A DNA stretch of 64,000 nucleotides, taken from the NCBI RefSeq assembly GCF_009914755.1, contig NC_060937.1, one strand, 5' to 3'. Shown in pieces: positions 56,302-64,000 of the stretch. A program made the translations under genes and the position numbers. The notes under the pieces were generated by a model. The model was not told the origin of the DNA and searched no databases. It saw only the letters and a list, made by a program, of their open reading frames with translations. The DNA is from the human T2T-CHM13v2.0 reference genome, Homo sapiens. Within the stretch, counting starts at the first letter, position 1; every line of letters begins with the position of its first letter.

Positions 56302-56480
56302 CTATATGTAATATATTAATTTTCATTTTTAGAGGTATTGAAATCTGATATTTCTTACTTTGTCCTGTTTTGATCATATATATGCCAGAGGTGCTATGTG
56401 TAATACATTAATTTTCATTTTTAGAGATTATATCTGAAATCTGATCTCTGTATCTTACTTTGTCCTGTTTTGATCATATA
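56302..56480 (+). repeat. diverged tandem duplication (~80-90-nt unit x2)
   Basis: ATTAATTTTCATTTTTAGAG...TCTTACTTTGTCCTGTTTTGATCATATA occurs twice. Confidence 0.9.
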
Positions 56481-56757
56481 AGTCACCGGGACAGTCTCTA
56501 AAAGAATGAAGAGTAATAACACATTGATACAGAGTATTTAAAATAAAAACTTTGTAAATACTTTTCATATACCTTTTAAAATAGCTATACAAATGAGGAG
56601 AGAAACTAGTATGTATAAGTGGTTTGTCAGAGGTTACAGACTGAGAGCCAGACAAGTATGTCAGTCTCCTCACAGGTCTGGATTCAGAGACTTCCAGTAA
56701 TACATTAAAAAAAAAAATTTATGAAAGATGAAACCATAGGCTGGGCATGATGGCTTA

Positions 56758-57081
<324 letters not shown>

Positions 57082-57244
57082 CTAATGTTTTCAAAGTTTT
57101 ACTTTCTAAACTCAATATGGTTTTTTAATAATTGGCTCTTTAGTTTTTCCACCCATTTTATTGTGAAAATGTTCAAACAGAGAAAACTCAAGAAGAATAT
57201 TAAAGTATTCTTACATCCTCTACCTAGATTTTAATAGTTGTTAA

Positions 57245-57526
<282 letters not shown>

Positions 57527-58807
57527 TGATCCACCTGGCTCAGCCTTCCAAAGTGCTGGGATTACATGCATGAGCCAATGCACCTGGCCTAATGGATCTC
57601 ATACTACAGTATAGTAAGGTGCAGTGGCTCATGCCTGTAGTCCCAGCTACTCTGGAGGCTGAGATGGGAGAATATAGTATACTATTTGAAAATAAGATTA
57701 ACTAGTGTGCTGAGAGGAAATGATTTTTTTTAATGAGCCATTTTATTATAGGAATTATTTCAAAGTAACATTTGTGGCTGTCTCAGTTCAGTAAAGCTTA
57801 GCATAATTTAATGTCTATGAAGTGAGTTTCAATGTTTGCTGTCTAGCCACCTGATAGATACTTAGGTACTGTTTTGAAATTCTTGCCTTCAAAGATGCCT
57901 CAAAACAGGATGGAAATTTGAGTTAAATCCTTAAGATAAAAGCGTGATATATTTATTGGCTTTTCTTTTTGTTCCCTAATGGGAAATGAAAAAAAACAAA
58001 AAACATGGGTAATATTTTGAACAACTTTATATTGCTAACAGCCAGTGGAATTTAAAACCTTAGTAGGAAAGTTTCTTTTACTAATAGGTTTTATAAGGAG
58101 AAAATGAACTTTTGTTTCAGAGTGAATGAATGAGTACTTTCTGCAGTATAATCATTTTGGGTTGATCTCTTAAAAGAATTCTAGAAGGAAGAAGTCCAAT
58201 ACATATATATAAACTCTATTATGACACGTTTACTTTGTAAGTATTGGCTTTTCCATTTTTATTATTTTAGTGGTTGTGTTATGGTTCTCATTTATAGAAG
58301 CTGTTGTTGCCAGATACTAATTGAGGTAGGATTCATAAAGCACTTTTTGTAATCCTTCTTCTTTGTGGATAGCTTGACAATTTGTTCAAAAAAATAAACT
58401 CATAGTGGTGGTATGCAACTTTGTTAAAAATAAAACTGTAAATCAAAAAGTGAATTTCATTGTATGTAAATTTAAAAGTATGTTAGAAAACATCAATATG
58501 GCAGGAGAACAAGTTTGACTTTTTTCCGCAACTAGTGTCTACTACCACCTTTCTGGATACTTTAAAAAGTTGTCAGCTTTTAAAATTGTTGGTATAAAAC
58601 ATTTGGGAAGTTTTTAATTGGTATTTGTGCTTCAAAATTTAAGACTTTTCTAAGTATTCAGAAATATTCAAAGGAAGAGATGAATTTTGGAAAACTTGTT
58701 TGCCTTTATGTGCTTAATCTGACTTTAAGTTGAAATTTGAACAGTGAATAATAATTTTGTTTACATAAAGTTTTTTGACTTCTATATTAGGAAAAAAACT
58801 AGCTTGA

Positions 58808-62834
<4,027 letters not shown>

Positions 62835-63011
62835 AGTATTCACTTTTTATCATAGATGGCCTACCGATTAAGTCATATGTTATTGTTGATAATGTGATAT
62901 TGTTGATAATGTGATATGTGCATATATCCCTGAGTAAACTGAATGTAGAAATATGTAGTACTCTTTGGTTTTACAACTATAGAGATGAATGTATATTTAA
63001 AATAAACTTGT

Positions 63012-64000
63012 GGCCTGATGCAGTGGCTCACACCTGTGATCTCAGTGCTTTGCGAGGCTGAGGCAGGAGGATTGCTTGAGGCCAGCTAGTAAGACCTGGT
63101 CTCTACAAAAAAAAAAGTAGCCAGGCGTGGTGGTGCATGCCTGTAGTCTTAGCTACTTAGGAATCTGAGGCAGGAGGATTGCTTGAGCCCAGAAGTTTGA
63201 GGCTGCAGTAAGCTATAATTAGGCCACTGTAGTCCAGCCTGGACAACAGAGCAAGACCCTGTCTCTCAAAATAAGAATTAAAAATAATAAACCTGCATTG
63301 AGAAATGGTATTGCCTGTATTAGGGATCTCAAATATTTTGGTCTTAGGACACTTTTACACTCTTAAAAATTGAGAATCCTGGCCTGTAATCTCAGTGTTT
63401 TGGCAGTCTGAGGTGGGAGGATCACTTGAGCCCAGCAATTTGAGACTAGCCTAGGCAATATGGTGAGACCTCATCTCTACAAAAAAAAACTACAAAGAAA
63501 AAAAAAATTAGCTGAGTGTGATGGTGCGTGCCTGTAGTCCCAGCTACTTGGAGGTTGAGGCAGGAGGATGGCTTGAGTCCAAGAGGCAGAAGTTGCAGGG
63601 GACTGAGATTGCACTGCTGTACTCCAGCCTGGGTGAAAAAGCTGTCTCAAAAAAAAAAAAAAAAAAAAAAAGAGAATCCCAAGAACTTTATGTTTGTACT
63701 GTCGATATTTACTCTATTAGAAATTAAAACAATTTTTAAAAAATACGTAAAATAACAATGATAAACCCATTACAAGTTAACAAATAATTTAGGAAAATAA
63801 CTATTTTCCAAAACAAAATTAAGAGAAGCATGGCATTGCAATAGAGGCCTGTAATGAATGGCTATTTAATAGAAGACAGCTGGAGTCTTTTGTCTGCTTC
63901 TGTATTTAACCTGTTGGAATATATTATTTTGGTTGAAATAAACGAAGAAGGCTGGGTGTGGTGGCTCATGCCTGTAATTCCAGCACTTTGGGAGGTGGAG
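63012..64000. mobile_element. AluJ copies (63012-63275, 63380-63671, 63949-end) and a Charlie1-like hAT fragment (~63320-63945)
   Basis: TTTTGGTCT.AGGAC.CTTTTACACTCTTAAAAATTGAGA..CC[Alu]CCAAGAACTTT.TGTTT is Charlie1-like. Confidence 0.65.

Overview
Primate (almost certainly human) genomic DNA, very rich in Alus. I recognise it from recalled sequence as 13q14.2 around the TRIM13 promoter. It contains an 87-nt match to the pre-miR-3613 hairpin (minus strand, 51039-51125), a CpG island with a G-rich purine tandem repeat, and the two non-coding 5' exons of TRIM13 (+ strand; the coding exon is not in the window). On the minus strand there is a chain of candidate exons and a poly(A) site, consistent with the 3' end of the antisense lncRNA DLEU2. 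The first ~27 kb is a nested stack of transposon remnants: MLT2, MER4, L1PB, MLT1D, MER30, MER41A, a MER21/ERVL provirus remnant, LTR40, a ~7 kb L1MC and MST. No intact protein-coding ORF is present; the ORF track is explained by Alu, L1, ERV and low-complexity sequence. I found no convincing new biological system. The most unusual single observation is a ~100-nt retroposed copy of only the 5' end of RPL12 mRNA, with an A-rich tail and target-site duplication. Gene and repeat-subfamily names come from recalled consensus sequences, not a database search, and repeat boundaries are approximate.
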